64,000 bases of DNA from Octopus bimaculoides (Eukaryota). Positions 24,224-38,649 of this stretch are shown piece after piece (position 1 is the stretch's first letter; each line of letters opens with the position of its first letter). The notes beneath the pieces are model-generated. The model saw only the letters and a list, made by a program, of their open reading frames with translations, was not told the DNA's origin and ran no database searches. The position numbers and the translations under genes are program-made. The stretch is from contig NC_068990.1 in assembly GCF_001194135.2 (NCBI RefSeq), positions 37,151,218-37,215,217 on the forward strand, written 5' to 3'.

Positions 24224-24380
24224 TGGAGACACATAGGTTTATGGTTAAGAAGTGTTGCACTCATGATCGTAAAATTGTGGTTTCAAGTTCAGGATCAGGT
24301 GATGCTTTGTGTCCTTGAGTAAAACAGCAAAACACTTCATCTCTTGTTGCTCCACTCCACTCAGCTAACTAGCGGAAGAA
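24224..24380 (+). mobile_element. tRNA-derived SINE family E head
   Basis: TATGGTTAAGAAGTGTTGCACTCATGATCG..GGTTTCAAGTTC..GTGTCCTTGAG..GTTGCTCCACTCCACTCAGC. Confidence 0.65.
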
Positions 24381-24740
24381 CGTATACACTGCAGAATCTA
24401 AGGAACTTGCCTTAAAAGCTTATGTTCTGGGATGGCACTTTGATCCATTTTTGATATATACACACACAGGGGAGAGACTGATAGCTTGTACATAGATATA
24501 TTAATGTATGAATTCTTATCAGACTTTATACATCATGGACAAGAAGTTTCTTTACCAGTTCTACACAACAAATTTCTTAGATAATGGAACAGCAACTTTA
24601 ACATCCAACATGTATTTTTATTTTCCTATTTTCCTTTCATACTTTCTGCATTAAATCTAATTTCTTGTATATCTCACCCTCTCCAGAATAACTTCTTCGA
24701 AAAAAATTAATTCTAATTCCTTCAATTGAAGCTCTTTGAA

Positions 24741-24795
24741 CTCAGCCCTGATGATAGGATATCATTTATTTCCCTGAAACAGCTGTAAGACCACC
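24741..24795 (+). ncRNA. Decayed Penelope-type hammerhead motif with palindromic helix III
   Basis: CTGATGA 24748-54; imperfect stem II; GAAAC-AGCT-GT-A 24776-87 (palindrome ACAGCTGT, GUA triplet); helix I poorly paired. Confidence 0.45.
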
Positions 24796-25019
24796 TTTCT
24801 ATTTAAAAATGTTCTGGGAATATCAAATTGCCTTGGCCTTGTTATCTTATCTTATTTAACATATATACACACATATTGTATATATGAGCATGTGTGTGCA
24901 TGAACATGTATATGTGTGCTTGTGTACATTTGTGCTCTACAAAAGTGTGTGGTACTACTGTCACCTCCTTTGCCAACAAATCATCAACTCACTTTACAGA
25001 TTTGAAGACATGGAATAAG

Positions 25020-25145
25020 AGACCATTTACTTGGAAAAACAGGTAAGGTTTAGTGACTGGAAGGGCATCCAGCTGTAAAACAATGCCTTCATAAGATATT
25101 TGTCAAGCCAATGTTAGTATGGAGAAAATGGATGTAAAATAGACA
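25020..25145 (+). mobile_element. RTE-type tail variant
   Basis: CTTGGAAAAACAGGTAAGG..GGAAGGGCATCCAGCTGTAAAA..ATGGAGAAAATGGATGTAAAA. Confidence 0.55.
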
Positions 25146-25189
25146 AACGTGTGTCTCTGTGTGTTTATGTATGTGTAAATAAATATGTA

Positions 25190-25228
<39 letters not shown>

Positions 25229-26242
25229 CACTAAATAAATGCTGCTGAGTGAAAAAGATTATCGCTTTTTATCATGAACTTGATAATGATCGATGGTGAG
25301 ACCGAAGCGCTTGCACATGCACACACACACACACACATTTATACAAAACAAACACACTTCCAAACACTTCCAAATATGCACAACCACAAAGTAACTTCCC
25401 ATATAGTCATACAATATATATGTATGTGGGTTCAGCATGATTAATAAGTTGTGTTGTATTTGTGTGTGTGCATGTATACACACACACATATATATATATA
25501 TACATATATATATACATATGTGTGTGTGTGTGTGAGTCTATATATGTATATAAATATATGTATATATAAACACATCCATATATGTATGGATGTATGTTTG
25601 TATATGTATATATGTATCATATATATGTGTGTTTGTGTGTGTCTGTGTATATATATACAAAAACGACTGTATAATTACTTGTATGTGTATACGACTGTGT
25701 GGGTGCATAATGAGTGGGAGATATATATTATCAGTTCGACATTAATGTACTTACAGATGACTGCAGGTCTGTGAATGGCTAAAGTGATGGCGTTAGCCAA
25801 TATCGCGATATTTTAAGCCATCAATCTTCATTGTTATCATCAAAATATATTTTTAACATCATTTATTTTTCTTCATTTATTTATTCATTGTATTGTATTT
25901 TATATTATTTTATTCTATTATATATTTATATATATATATATGTATGTATTGTTTTTGTTTAACAGTCATATGGGTTACTTAGATGTTTAGCTCAATCATG
26001 TGGAAATGCTAATGTCTGAAAGGGTAAAATGTGGGATTTTTGGATGGGAAATTTTGAGTTCATAACCTGTTTGTTACCACATTGCTCTGCTCAGCTTTAT
26101 AGAGTTCAGCTGTAGTGTTCTGCACTTTAATGCATTGTATTGTACTATGTGGTAATGTACTTTATTGTATCACACAATACAATATTGTATTCTTCTTCAT
26201 GGCTCTGAAACTTGAAGTAACAACTAATTATAAACCAATTCG

Positions 26243-26500
26243 TTTGATTATTCCTACGAAAATGTGTCTGTAACAAAAATAGATTATTACAAAAGAAACA
26301 ATGATGAAATAATAACAATGGTTTCTAGAGCAGGAAATTCAGCTGCATCTGCTACGTTTGACATGTTAAACAATTTGTTTGATTATTCTAAACAAAATGT
26401 ATGTAACGAAAACAAATATGACCAAAAGGATAATATAGGAGCAGTAAGTATGGATTCTTGAACAGGTATTTCAGCTGCAGTTGTTACATTTGACAGGCAA
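26243..26500. repeat. Degenerate two-copy tandem repeat, period about 132-135 bp
   Basis: TTTGATTATT at 26243 and 26378; TTCAGCTGCA..TACRTTTGACA at 26338 and 26470. Confidence 0.65.
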
Positions 26501-27553
26501 GGAAAGTAAGTTTAGAAATGATTGGTAGAGCATAGTTTCATATATTCAGCCTATTATTCCCACTTCTGGTAATATTATGCTTTAAAAAGTGACTGTTGTT
26601 GAATGAAGTACCATCTTAATGGTAATTCAATGTTCTAAAAATGAGGACCAAACCTGACCTCAAATCAAACAAAAATATCTTAAAATGAAGACACATTAGA
26701 TAATGTAGTCTTTCGTCCAATATAAGCAACCTGTGTTTGATTTGTGCCGCTTGCTCCCCTTTAGGACATTTTGGATATATAGCACATGTACTGACATGAT
26801 TGTTTTAAGTCTAACATTTTTTTACTAAAATTTCATAACAATTTTTACTTTGAAAATATAGTTTCTCTCTCTTGTTCTCACTTTCTGTCTCTTCCTCTTT
26901 TTCTCTTTTTTCTCCTGCTTTCTTTCTCTCCCTCATTCACTCATACTTTTCTCCCTATCAAGATATAGAGTGCAGCTTAAAAACTTTGTTGACTTATTGT
27001 TTGAATACTCTAACCTAATTTATAGAGAGCAATTTCCCATTAGTCCTGCTGATAGAATACTACTATGAATACTTGTCCATGATATTCCTAAAAAGAGACA
27101 TTTACAGTCATGATGTGTCGACGCCCCCTGATGATGAAGTAGACTAGCCCAATATGTAGATATAGAGGGAGAAGTCTAGATGTCGGGTAGTTGAGTAGAG
27201 GTCATCCAAACGTGTGATATAACAGTAGCGACAAGGATTTCGTAGTTCACACAGCCACTGTGTAGTATTGTGAAACAAAAATCATCAAACATAAATATGT
27301 TCAATCAGTGTCAATTGAGATTAAACAGCAACTACAATCAGCCATTCAATTCTGAAGTTCTTAGATCGACAATTGCATGATTCTCAAGTATTTTGTTACT
27401 CCACAAAGGCTTGTTTAGTCTTCCATATATATATTTCTTTGCTCTTTTTCTATCTTGAAGCACAGGACAGTGGCCGTGCTGTAGTACTCCCTTCAAGAGG
27501 TGACATTGAGCCTAATATTTATTTCCATCCAATGCTAAATTTTTCAATTTGCT

Positions 27554-27843
27554 GGACTTTCGAGTGAGATCGTTGCCAGTGCCCCTGGACTGGCTCTTGT
27601 GCAGGTGGCACATAAAATACACCATTTTGAGCGTGGCCGTTGCCAGTACTGCCTGACTGGCCTTCGTACCGGTGGCATGTAAAAACACCCACTACACTCT
27701 CGGAGTGGTTGGCATTAGGAAGGGCATCCAGCTGTAGAAACTCTGCCATATCAAAATGGAGCCTGGTGTAGCCATCTGGGTCACCAGTCCTCAGTCAAAT
27801 CGTCCAACCCATGCTAGCATGGAAAGCGGACGTTAAACGATGA
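27554..27843 (+). mobile_element. RTE-type 3' UTR/tail with two hairpin modules, young
   Basis: Closely matches 56086-56367; ends CATGCTAGCATGGAAAGCGGACGTTAAACGATGA. Confidence 0.9.
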
Positions 27844-27989
27844 ACGATTAGTGAATCCTTAAGTTACAAATTTTGACCTCATGGAACACAGCTTGACACT
27901 GGTTTGTACTCATATTCAAAAATTGGAACAATTTTATTCCTGAAAACTTCGATCAATTATGAACATCAAAAACCACAAGGTTGTTAACA

Positions 27990-28420
27990 TTATACTCCTT
28001 TTTAAATAAGCCAAAACCAAAGTTTTGATGGTATCATCAGACAACACCTCAGATGGGGAGGTCATATTCATTTCATGAACAGCACCAAACTTCCATGCCA
28101 AATCCTTTTCAGAGAACTCAGAGCCAGCAGAAGTCATACACCTATCCCATGCAATACTACAAAGACCAACTGAGGCAGAGAATGAAGTGCAATAATATAG
28201 ACTATAAATCCTGGAACCAATGCATAGAAGACAGTACAATGTGGTGCTGCATCATCAAGATTGATGTGGAACATTTTGAAGATCACTGAGGAGATGAAGA
28301 AGATAAATGGCTGTGGTAAATTCCAAACAAATATTCTACTGACCATCAAATGTGACATCTGTGGACAATTGTTCCAAATTGACTTTGCCAGCCATCAGAG
28401 GCACTGATATAGATGAGAAA
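27990..28420 (+). mobile_element. RTE (BovB-like) ORF2 C-terminal fragment
   Basis: TKLPCQILFREL, YYKDQLRQRMKCNNIDYKSWNQCIEDSTMW..EHFE, KCDICGQLF..SHQRH; typical RTE C-terminus with zinc finger. Confidence 0.8.
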
Positions 28421-30519
28421 CTTCAAATGAAAGAAGTACTTGGTAACAAAGAGGAGCCACTGACGCACACACACACACACATACACATATAGTAATAAGA
28501 AAATGGAGGGGAATAGGTGGTATTCATCAACTTGCAGACATTTTATTGTGTCAATTTACATGTTTATTTGTTAACTAAGGACAATAATAACAAGTAAAAG
28601 ATAAAGCATAAACTTTTTTTAACACAAAATTTCTGTGCATTTTCTTTTTTTATATATTTTTACTGCAACCTTCACAATTGACCAATGCAATCATGTGTTC
28701 TATGTGAGGATTGACCTCATAAGCCATATTCACCAGCATTAATGGTTCAAATATTCATCCAAGAGGAGAAATTGATCATCAGATATGAGGGACGAGCTGA
28801 CAACGCTATTTATACATATATATCTGACCCCAACCACTACACAGAGAGTACTGGTTGCTTTTTACATGGCACCAGTACTAATGCAGTCACTATATAACCC
28901 AGAGTATTAAAGGCTCCCCTTGAATGGGGGAAGTATCATACAGAGGAAGGTAGCATTACAATAGATGTTAAAAGGTTAAAGTATGAAAAAAGTGATAGGG
29001 AGAAGTTTTCCACAGCAGAGAAGATACGTATGTGGCTACTTGGCAGTAAATAAAAAGGGTGAAACTCGACTAAGAGATGCAGAAGACAGTGATGAGGTGT
29101 CTGAGTCTCAAAGTGCAAAGGTGAACAGAAGAGAGAATGGGAATAGAATATATACACAAGAGTGTATGTGGAGAGTAACGAAAGGTTAGAGATGGTGTAA
29201 GGAGTTAGGGTGAATTTAGTCAAAGGCGAACAAGAGTAGAGGAGTGACTGATGATAAATAAATCAGAGAAAAGGTAAGGAAGAGATGATAAGTGGTGGTA
29301 CAGAAAAGGAACAGCAGAATAATTATTTCCAGAGAGGGAAAGAGAGAAAGGGATATAATAGGAGGGTAGTGGGAGTAGATTACAAAAGTGTGTGGGGAGA
29401 GTGAGAGACATGGTGATAGAGGTGAAGATAGTCAGCATTAAATAGGATGGGTCAAGAGGAAGAACTTAAGAAGAGAGATAACTGGTAGTACAAAAGTGTG
29501 ATCAATAGAACATATGAGAGGAGAGTGACAATGTTAAGAATGGAGGTTGGATGTTGAAAGGTAGATGGAGGGATAACTGATAGCACAGAAAATGATGATA
29601 AAGAATGTAGTCCCACACCCACGTAAATACAGGTGCAGATACTGTAGTAGTGAGGAGAGTGATGGTCGGATTTGAGTTTGGGAGATAAGGGATGTTGGGG
29701 AATGCATAATGGCTACAAATTGGGCAAGTGGTCCAGCTGTGTGTATATAGTGTATATACATTATACATCCAGAACCTCTGTTTCGCCATGATGGGCAGGT
29801 TTTCTCAAGTGCTGCATTGCATATCTTCAATCATCTATATAAATATGCATGCGCACGCACACACACACACGTGTGTTTGTGTGTATATATATGTATGTAT
29901 ATATACAAAGAGAGAAAGAGAGAGAGAGAGAGAGAAAGAAAGCAAAATACTCACACACACATATATGCGGACACATAACACACATTCATGCATTGACAGA
30001 TATGAACAAGGATTATGTCTAACACAGGGACACAGTTTATTCATACACAAATAGATGTTACATGAAACAACAGACTGTCAGACAGACAGACAGGCAAACA
30101 GACAACTTGACAGACAAACGAAGAAGCAGATATAACAAATACGATAACCAAATATTACTGCAATGAAGAATAATCTGAAAATCTGAGGAAAAAATTTTTC
30201 CTCTTTTTCTCCTGCTCTAGTTCTTATAATTCCTTTTCTTCTTTCTTCTCTACCATCTTCAGAGTCATCATCTTCTTCTTCTTCGTCTTTTGATTATTAT
30301 TATTATTATTTATTTATTTATTATTATTTTTTTTAAATAAAGCCCCATGTCTTAATAAGCTGTCCACTGAGCTGGAAGTCAGCATCGCAGCTGACAAAAT
30401 TCTCCAGCTTTGATTGGCCGATGGATTCATATTCAACTAATTTGAAGAAATATATCGAAATATTTGTTAGATGAAAGAAATACTATAGAAAAGCTATGTT
30501 AAACAGAGAAACAGAGTTG

Positions 30520-30532
30520 CACTGAGTGTTTC

Positions 30533-30591
<59 letters not shown>

Positions 30592-30822
30592 NNNNNNNNN
30601 NNNNNNNNNNNNNNNNNNNNNNNNNNNNNNNNNNNNNNNNNNNNNNNNNNNNNNNNNNNNNNNNNNNNNNNNNNNNNNNNNNNNNNNNNNNNNNNNNNNN
30701 NNNNNNNNNNNNNNNNNNNNNNNNNNNNNNNNNNNNNNNNNNNNNNNNNNNNNNNNNNNNNNNNNNNNNNNNNNNNNNNNNNNNNNNNNNNNNNNNNNNN
30801 NNNNNNNNNNNNNNNNNNNNNN

Positions 30823-30889
<67 letters not shown>

Positions 30890-30976
30890 AAGAGGAGAGA
30901 GAGAGAGAGAGAAGAGAGAGAAAGCGAGAGAGAGAGAGATACATATATGTGTATATATATATACACATATAAATAC

Positions 30977-31009
<33 letters not shown>

Positions 31010-31300
31010 TACATAATCAGATTACATGATGGATTCAAATATAAAATATACTTATATGCACATAGAATTATATATATATATACATATATATATACATATG
31101 AGCACACACATACATGCGCACACACACACACACACACACGCACACACATATAATATATATATATATATATGTATATATATATGCATGCATACATATATGT
31201 GTATATACATATACATCTATACATATATAGGTATATGTATGTACATATGTGTGCGAATATGTGAATTTGTGTATCTCCACACACATAATTATGCATGCAT
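30520..31300. repeat. (TA)n/(GA)n/(CA)n block with gap 30592-30822
   Basis: Direct reading. Confidence 0.95.
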
Positions 31301-31489
31301 GTGTTCTCTCTAGTTATTCTAGTTCAGCAATATAACAAGATAGAATTGTTCAGCCAATATGCTTGTGATAGGTTTTTTTTCTTTTTTCTTTATTCTTTTG
31401 TGTTTGTAGTTTTGTCTGCAGGACATTCAATATTTTACACATCTGCATATTAAGCACTATCTAGCAGATATGTTGTTTTAACTTTGTAC

Positions 31490-32130
<641 letters not shown>

Positions 32131-32479
32131 GGTGCCTGCTGAACAAAGTGTAGTAGCATATTTTGTTAAATTGTTAATTATTGGAATGCATTGCAGCTAT
32201 AACGTTTATCAAGTAAGTAGATGTGAAGCCATTGTTAGTATTTGAACCCAGTGTTACATCACTTGTGATAAAATAAAAGTTAGATATACACAGAGACAGT
32301 GAAACTGAAGCTGTAATTGTTTGACACTAGCTATTTCATGTGCCATTCTGTTGTGAATCTGAAAGCATTAAATAATATAATATGCTCTGTATGTTAATGT
32401 TTTAGTCCCCATACATTGGTAAATTTGTTGCTTAATTGAATGTGACGGTAAAGTTAATATTCAAGGGAGATAAAAATAT

Positions 32480-33000
32480 GTTTTGCAAACAACTTGCACA
32501 TGCCAGTGCTACCAATCGAGAGCTCTGTATACCAGAAGCCAGTAAGTGTATGGGGTCATCAGGAGAGAATGCGTGCTGTTTTGGGGCCTACCTCTCAATG
32601 GAACCAATTCACACAGCCTCCCACTCACCAATATGAGGCCCCGCTTGCTAGATCAACTGGTTATCAAATAAAGCTTAATATTCTTCTAGCCATCACTCAT
32701 CATCTCTTTTTTACCAAATTCAGTGGCTTGCATTTTCCACTGTAGTTTAGATATTGGTCACAGTGCTATTTACCTTACGATGAGTTAGGCCTAACAATAA
32801 CAACAGTCATCTCACACTGTCCAACATCCGACTTCGATTGGAAAATGCTCTTCTTTCCAGCCTGCATCTTCACATTCTTTGAAGAGGATTACATAACAGT
32901 CAATCTTTCGAGACCGAGTGGCGTCCATGTTATCTGCATGAGAAACTGTTAACGTGACTGGATTCACAACTTTCTTTCTTTCACATCACATTAAAATGAT
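32480..33000 (-). mobile_element. R2-superfamily (HERO-like) LINE: RLE domain, C-terminus and 3' UTR
   Basis: ERKKVVNPVTLTVSHADNMDATRSRKIDCYVILFKECEDAGWKEEHFPIEVGCW (compare ELTVPWE..AHERK..KY..L...C...GW....PVEVGCRG), then TVENASH*IW*KE (compare AAERAS.WIW.KR). Confidence 0.75.
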
Positions 33001-33397
33001 TTTATTTTCTATTCACTTTGAACAGGTATTTTTATTATAAAATGCAATGAAATTATTGCATTAAATTAAGTGATAATGAAACTTTTGGGGCCTATTATGC
33101 TGTATGCTTAATTCTAAATGTAAAGTTTTGTTCCTCAATTCATCAGCCCCAGCTGAGTTGTTTTGGAGCCTGTTCCTCTGGAAGTGTAATACCAGTGCAA
33201 CTAATTGACTGAGTTCACGTTATCATCATCATCACCATCCTCCTCCTCATCATCATCATCATTTGATATATTGTATGTTTCTATTATCAACAGTTAACTG
33301 GAGATTCCAGCAAATCGTTTTGTGATGCTTCATCTTCTAATAAATATAATTACATATATATTCATACATATATGTGTGAGAATATGTGTGTATGTAA

Positions 33398-33431
<34 letters not shown>

Positions 33432-33448
33432 GCACANNNNNNNNNNNN

Positions 33449-33487
<39 letters not shown>

Positions 33488-33493
33488 TATGTA

Positions 33494-33557
33494 TCATTGC
33501 TATTACGCAAAAGTGTAAGTCCAAAACATTGCTTTTTCAGAAAGCAGAAAGATAATT
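33494..33557 (+). repeat. Short interspersed repeat, second copy at 44165-44230
   Basis: TTGCTATTA(C/T)GCAAAAGTG..TAAGTCCAAAA..TTGCTTTT.CAGAAA..AAAGATAATT in both. Confidence 0.7.
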
Positions 33558-33834
33558 TTTACGGAGATGTACTTGCATAGCAAGTGACCTGATCTGAGAT
33601 CGTGTGCTGGAACAAAAACAATTGCAGCGTGGAAAGTGCTTATAGGCCAATTAAGAAACACACAAAAACCATTAGATTCATTCAACATTTAAATTTAATT
33701 TGCCAAAATATTTTCGTCACTTTGAGACCACGACCTGTTCACTGACAAAATTCCATGATGCAGCACGGAATTTTATGTGGTACTGGCACCTAAAAGGACA
33801 AGCCTATATGTGTGAAAGACAGGGATTTTGCTTA

Positions 33835-33955
33835 TCAAGTATAGCAAATTGCCACATCTCCCTGCTCCCTGTCATTTCCTCAGTGAGGCCCAGCATCTAA
33901 AGATCCTTTCTCACCACTTCACCCGAAGTCTTCTTGGATCTACCCCTTCCATAGA
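33835..33955 (-). mobile_element. RTE ORF2 C-terminal fragment
   Basis: YGRGRSKKTSGEVVRKDL*MLGLTEEMTGSREMWQFAI (compare GRGRPRKTWDEVVRKD). Confidence 0.85.
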
Positions 33956-36034
33956 TACATATGTATGCATGTACTCAAGGACCAACTCAAAGCAACACTA
34001 AAAATCGCTGGAACTGAGCCCAAATCATTTGAAACATTGGCTTGAGACCATAACATCATATGCAAATATACGTGTGTATATGTGTACATAAGTACATGGA
34101 TACATATAAATATTTACATTCAAAAATGTAATGTGCTCAATAAACACAATAGACACTTGTGTGAAATTTCTTTTGTAATCTTTTGGTAATGGTGCTTAAT
34201 CATTTCCCTAACCCTAAAGTTTTGTGCAAATATTTTAATCACTTCCCTAATTTGTAATTTTAAATAACATCACTGGCTAAGAGGTGTTATGAAGAAGTAA
34301 TTCACTTTCCCATTTTATAACTACAAGCTTGTGAGTGTGATCTTTGTATAGTACATAAACTAGAAAGAAATGTTACTAAAGTTTCATGGAAGACATTTAC
34401 ATTCTGTATAAAGTGAAAATATCAGTTACCACTATGTCATCAAATATAACAAATATCTTTTTTCAAAGAAGTAATGGTAAATGAGAGAGTTATTCTATAC
34501 ACAGTGCAAATAAATCCTCTCTATGAAACTTAAGTAACACATTTGTTTATCTTATATGCTCTATAAAAGGCATAAAAATCACATCTAGCTCTATTAGGGG
34601 CACTCTAACCCCTTTATATTTTGAATGCTCATTCAGTAATGTGCATACATATGTCTATGCTTATGTATGTGTTTGCTTGTGTTTGTGAATGTGTGGAGCA
34701 TGTTTGTGCATATATGTGTATGCATGAGCATATGTGCATGTCAGTGTGAGTTTAAGTTGAGAGTTTGAGATTGCTTCACAATCATAAGGACCTGTTTGAA
34801 TCTCACAGTATGTCATCATAGATAACTAATGTTCATCAGATCTTTAGTTCAATGCAAGCAACTTGAGTGAAGCTATATTGATAGAAACTGTGAAAAAGAG
34901 TGTCAAATTCAATGAACTTGTTATTTAAAGGACTGGTCACATCATTAAGTGTAACACTGATTCTTCTTTAGAATTACATTAGTGGTATAACCATCTACAA
35001 AAAAAGCTTGCCTATTTATATGCTAATACAATATGTAAATAGTATGAGTTTTTGAAAAACCAGAATGGTTGCTTGTTACACAGTGTTTCACAATTGCTCT
35101 TGAAGGGATACGCTCATAAGCTTCTGCATAAGAATATGACTGCTAATATCATCTGAAATATTACAGAGTATATTGACACTCTGAGTAAGAGAGAGTATCA
35201 CTGGCTGTCTTCTAACAAAAACAAACACTACTTCATATATATATATATATATATANNNNNNNNNNNNNNNNNNNNNNNNNNNNNNNNNNNNNNNNNNNNN
35301 NNNNNNNNNNNNNNNNNNNNNNNNNNNNNNNNNNNNNNNNNNNNNNNNNNNNNNNNNNNNNNNNNNNNNNNNNNNNNNNNNNNNNNNNNNNNNNNNNNNN
35401 NNNNNNNNNNNNNNNNNNNNNNNNNNNNNNNNNNNNNNNNNNNNNNNNNNNNNNNNNNNNNNNNNNNNNNNNNNNNNNNNNNNNNNNNNNNNNNNNNNNN
35501 NNNNNNNNNNNNNNNNNNNNNNNNNNNNNNNNNNNNNNNNNNNNNNNNNNNNNNNNNNNNNNNNNNNNNNNNNNNNNNNNNNNNNNNNNNNNNNNNNNNN
35601 NNNNNNNNNNNNNNNNNNNNNNNNNNNNNNNNNNNNNNNNNNNNNNNNNNNNNNNNNNNNNNNNNNNNNNNNNNNNNNNNNNNNNNNNNNNNNNNNNNNN
35701 NNNNNNNNNNNNNNNNNNNNNNNNNNNNNNNNNNNNNNNNNNNNNNNNNNNNNNNNNNNNNNNNNNNNNNNNNNNNNNNNNNNNNNNNNNNNNNNNNNAT
35801 ATATATATATATATATATATATAAATGTATATATCACCATAATAAAAATTCATCTCTAGATGTTAAGGGATGGACTTAATAACCTTTTTATAAGTTGCAT
35901 GGGAGTGAATATGTATTATTTAGAATTCCTAGTGTATACTTATGGTGCATATATATATAATGCCATGTATCTGTCCCTCTCACTATATTTATATAAGTAT
36001 ATAATTTGTGTTTATATAAGTGTGTATGCATGTA

Positions 36035-36076
<42 letters not shown>

Positions 36077-36093
36077 NNNNNNNNNNTATACAT

Positions 36094-36128
36094 ATCATCA
36101 TCATCGTTTAACGTCCGCTTTCCATGCT
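36094..36128 (-). mobile_element. Extremely 5'-truncated RTE tail in a (TA)n tract
   Basis: CATCATCATCGTTTAACGTCCGCTTTCCATGCTA is the reverse complement of the tail end at 56326-56360. Confidence 0.8.
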
Positions 36129-36348
36129 ATATATATATATATATTTACACTAATATATATGCACATACAATTTATGTCTATATATAGTTGTTATATTAGT
36201 ACATATCTCTATTTTGATGGAAAAACTGCTTTATAATTCTTCGTTCCTATGCATGAAAATGCATACATATTTGCATGAGCATGCATATGCATGTGAACAC
36301 ATACATGCATACATGTTCCAATGAGATTTTATATATATATGCATGTAA

Positions 36349-36385
<37 letters not shown>

Positions 36386-37861
36386 TGTGTGTACGTTAAA
36401 TGTTCATGAATGGCATGAATGGATATTGTTTTATGGTTTTTGTATTTAAAAAAATTTTCCTATTATTATTTTAGTTTGTTTTCTTATCTTTATTTTTTCA
36501 TAAGCGCCATACGTATCTTAATTTACAAACGTCATAACCAAAACACCATACTAAACATTGAGATCAACAAAGGTTAATTGTTAGTGCACATATTTTTTTT
36601 TAATTATTTTTGTTTCATTTAAATGTATTTATTTATATTATTATCATTTTCATTATTATTATCATTATTTTTATTATTATTATTATTATTACTATTATTA
36701 TCATTATTATTATTATTATTTGTCATATTTGCTTTCAAAATGAGAATTCTAAACAGTCAGATGATTCCATCAATGTTACTTAGAAGAATAAACAACGAGT
36801 AAGTCATATTTTATAAAATACAAGCTACACACTCATGCAGGCATGCATATATAAATATNNNNNNNNNNNNNNNNNNNNNNNNNNNNNNNNNNNNNNNNNN
36901 NNNNNNNNNNNNNNNNNNNNNNNNNNNNNNNNNNNNNNNNNNNNNNNNNNNNNNNNNNNNNNNNNNNNNNNNNNNNNNNNNNNNNNNNNNNNNNATATAT
37001 ATATATATATATACGCAATCAAAATAGAACATTCAGAGAAAAATGAAATATAAATGACAAAAAATGCAAAAAACAAAACAGACTTTTCATAAATTTCATG
37101 GAAATTGGATGAAATCCATAAGTTTTCCTATCTTTGATTATAGTTTTGTTTTCTGTATCTCTGCTTCTCTCTCTCTCTCTTTCCCTCTCTCTGTCTTTCC
37201 CTCTCTCTCTCTTTCCCTCTCTACCTCTATCTCTTTTGCTCTCACACATGTGCATACTGTTTTTTCTTTCTTCTCACTCTCTCTTTCACCTTCTCTTCTT
37301 CTCTGTCTTGCTTTCTTACTCTATACATTTATGTTTCATTACTGAAAATGCATACATAATCATGCCCACGATACATGCATACATACATACATACATACAT
37401 CATATACACAAATGATACATACATAAACTGTTGCACATATACATACTACCCAAAAAGATATACATACGAACACACGGGTTTACATTTTCACACAAACATA
37501 CATAGCTATATACATACACACATACAAATAGACAAATAATTCGGTTTTAACTGGAGATAAAGCTACAAGTAATAGCATGAAAAATATTGGGTCAAATCCT
37601 ATTGGATACTAAAAGTCAAAGGTTGCCTGTGAGGCTTGGGGCTCCAAAACACATCTTCTGTAAAAGGACAGACATTCTACCAATGGATCAGAACAATCCT
37701 TCAAAACTCTCTGTCCGTTTTAAAAACTTTGTCGTTAGAAACAGGAATTGAAATTTGTTTACAGAGTAAGAATTTAGAAGCTTCAAGAGATGGGATATGA
37801 TACATCTTTAGTTTTGAATCTTGAAGTAAATAGACAACAGACTTAACTATACCTATATGCA

Positions 37862-37904
<43 letters not shown>

Positions 37905-38649
37905 AGAGAGAGAAAACAAGGTTATTTTATTCCACACAGGAAGAAATATAGAAAATAGAAGTTGAAAACACACTAGGATTCAGTGAGATTCTGCAAAACA
38001 GAATTTCTTTCGAAGTTTAAAATGTACAACTCTCTGACTTCACAAATCTCATTCCTCTTATGGAATCCCATGTTTGCATCAAATAATTCTTGATCATTAC
38101 ATTTCAGATATTTTGTTTATCATGTAATGGTTTTACTACACTCTTCATATTCGTTAAATGTTAAAAATACATTTAGTTTTTAGCAGTACTAAAACTACAT
38201 AAACAATAACTCCTTTCTTGCTTTTTGTTTTTTTACACATAAAATACTGAAAATGTGAAAATATGTTTTTGCGTGAGAATTGACAAAATATATTGCATGT
38301 TCTGTGTATAATGATTGATTATATGAATGTACAATGCATATTCTTATGTATTCTGATGATTTATTTTCTTTTGGTAATCATTGAAACCTTCATGATTATT
38401 CTTATTTTGATGACCATATGAATATTTTTGATTATATATTTTCATGCTGCTTGTTATCTTCATTCATTGAAATAATCAGCAACATGAAACTCAAAGTAAT
38501 AATTCTAAGAAATTCAAAGGATAGGAAGTATCCAAAAATATGTGCAATACAGGTATGGGCCAACTGAAGACACACCATCTGCAAGTACTCCTGGAAACTG
38601 ATTCTATCTACCTCACATAAACCAGAATGGAGCAGATCCACAATGCTCG

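Noticed and set aside
27554-27700. HDV-like, twister or pistol ribozyme in the RTE tail modules
   Set aside because: I could not map the required pseudoknot helices or catalytic residues by eye.
28930-29750. Purine-rich stretch as a LINE endonuclease remnant
   Set aside because: No recognisable protein motif in any frame I read.
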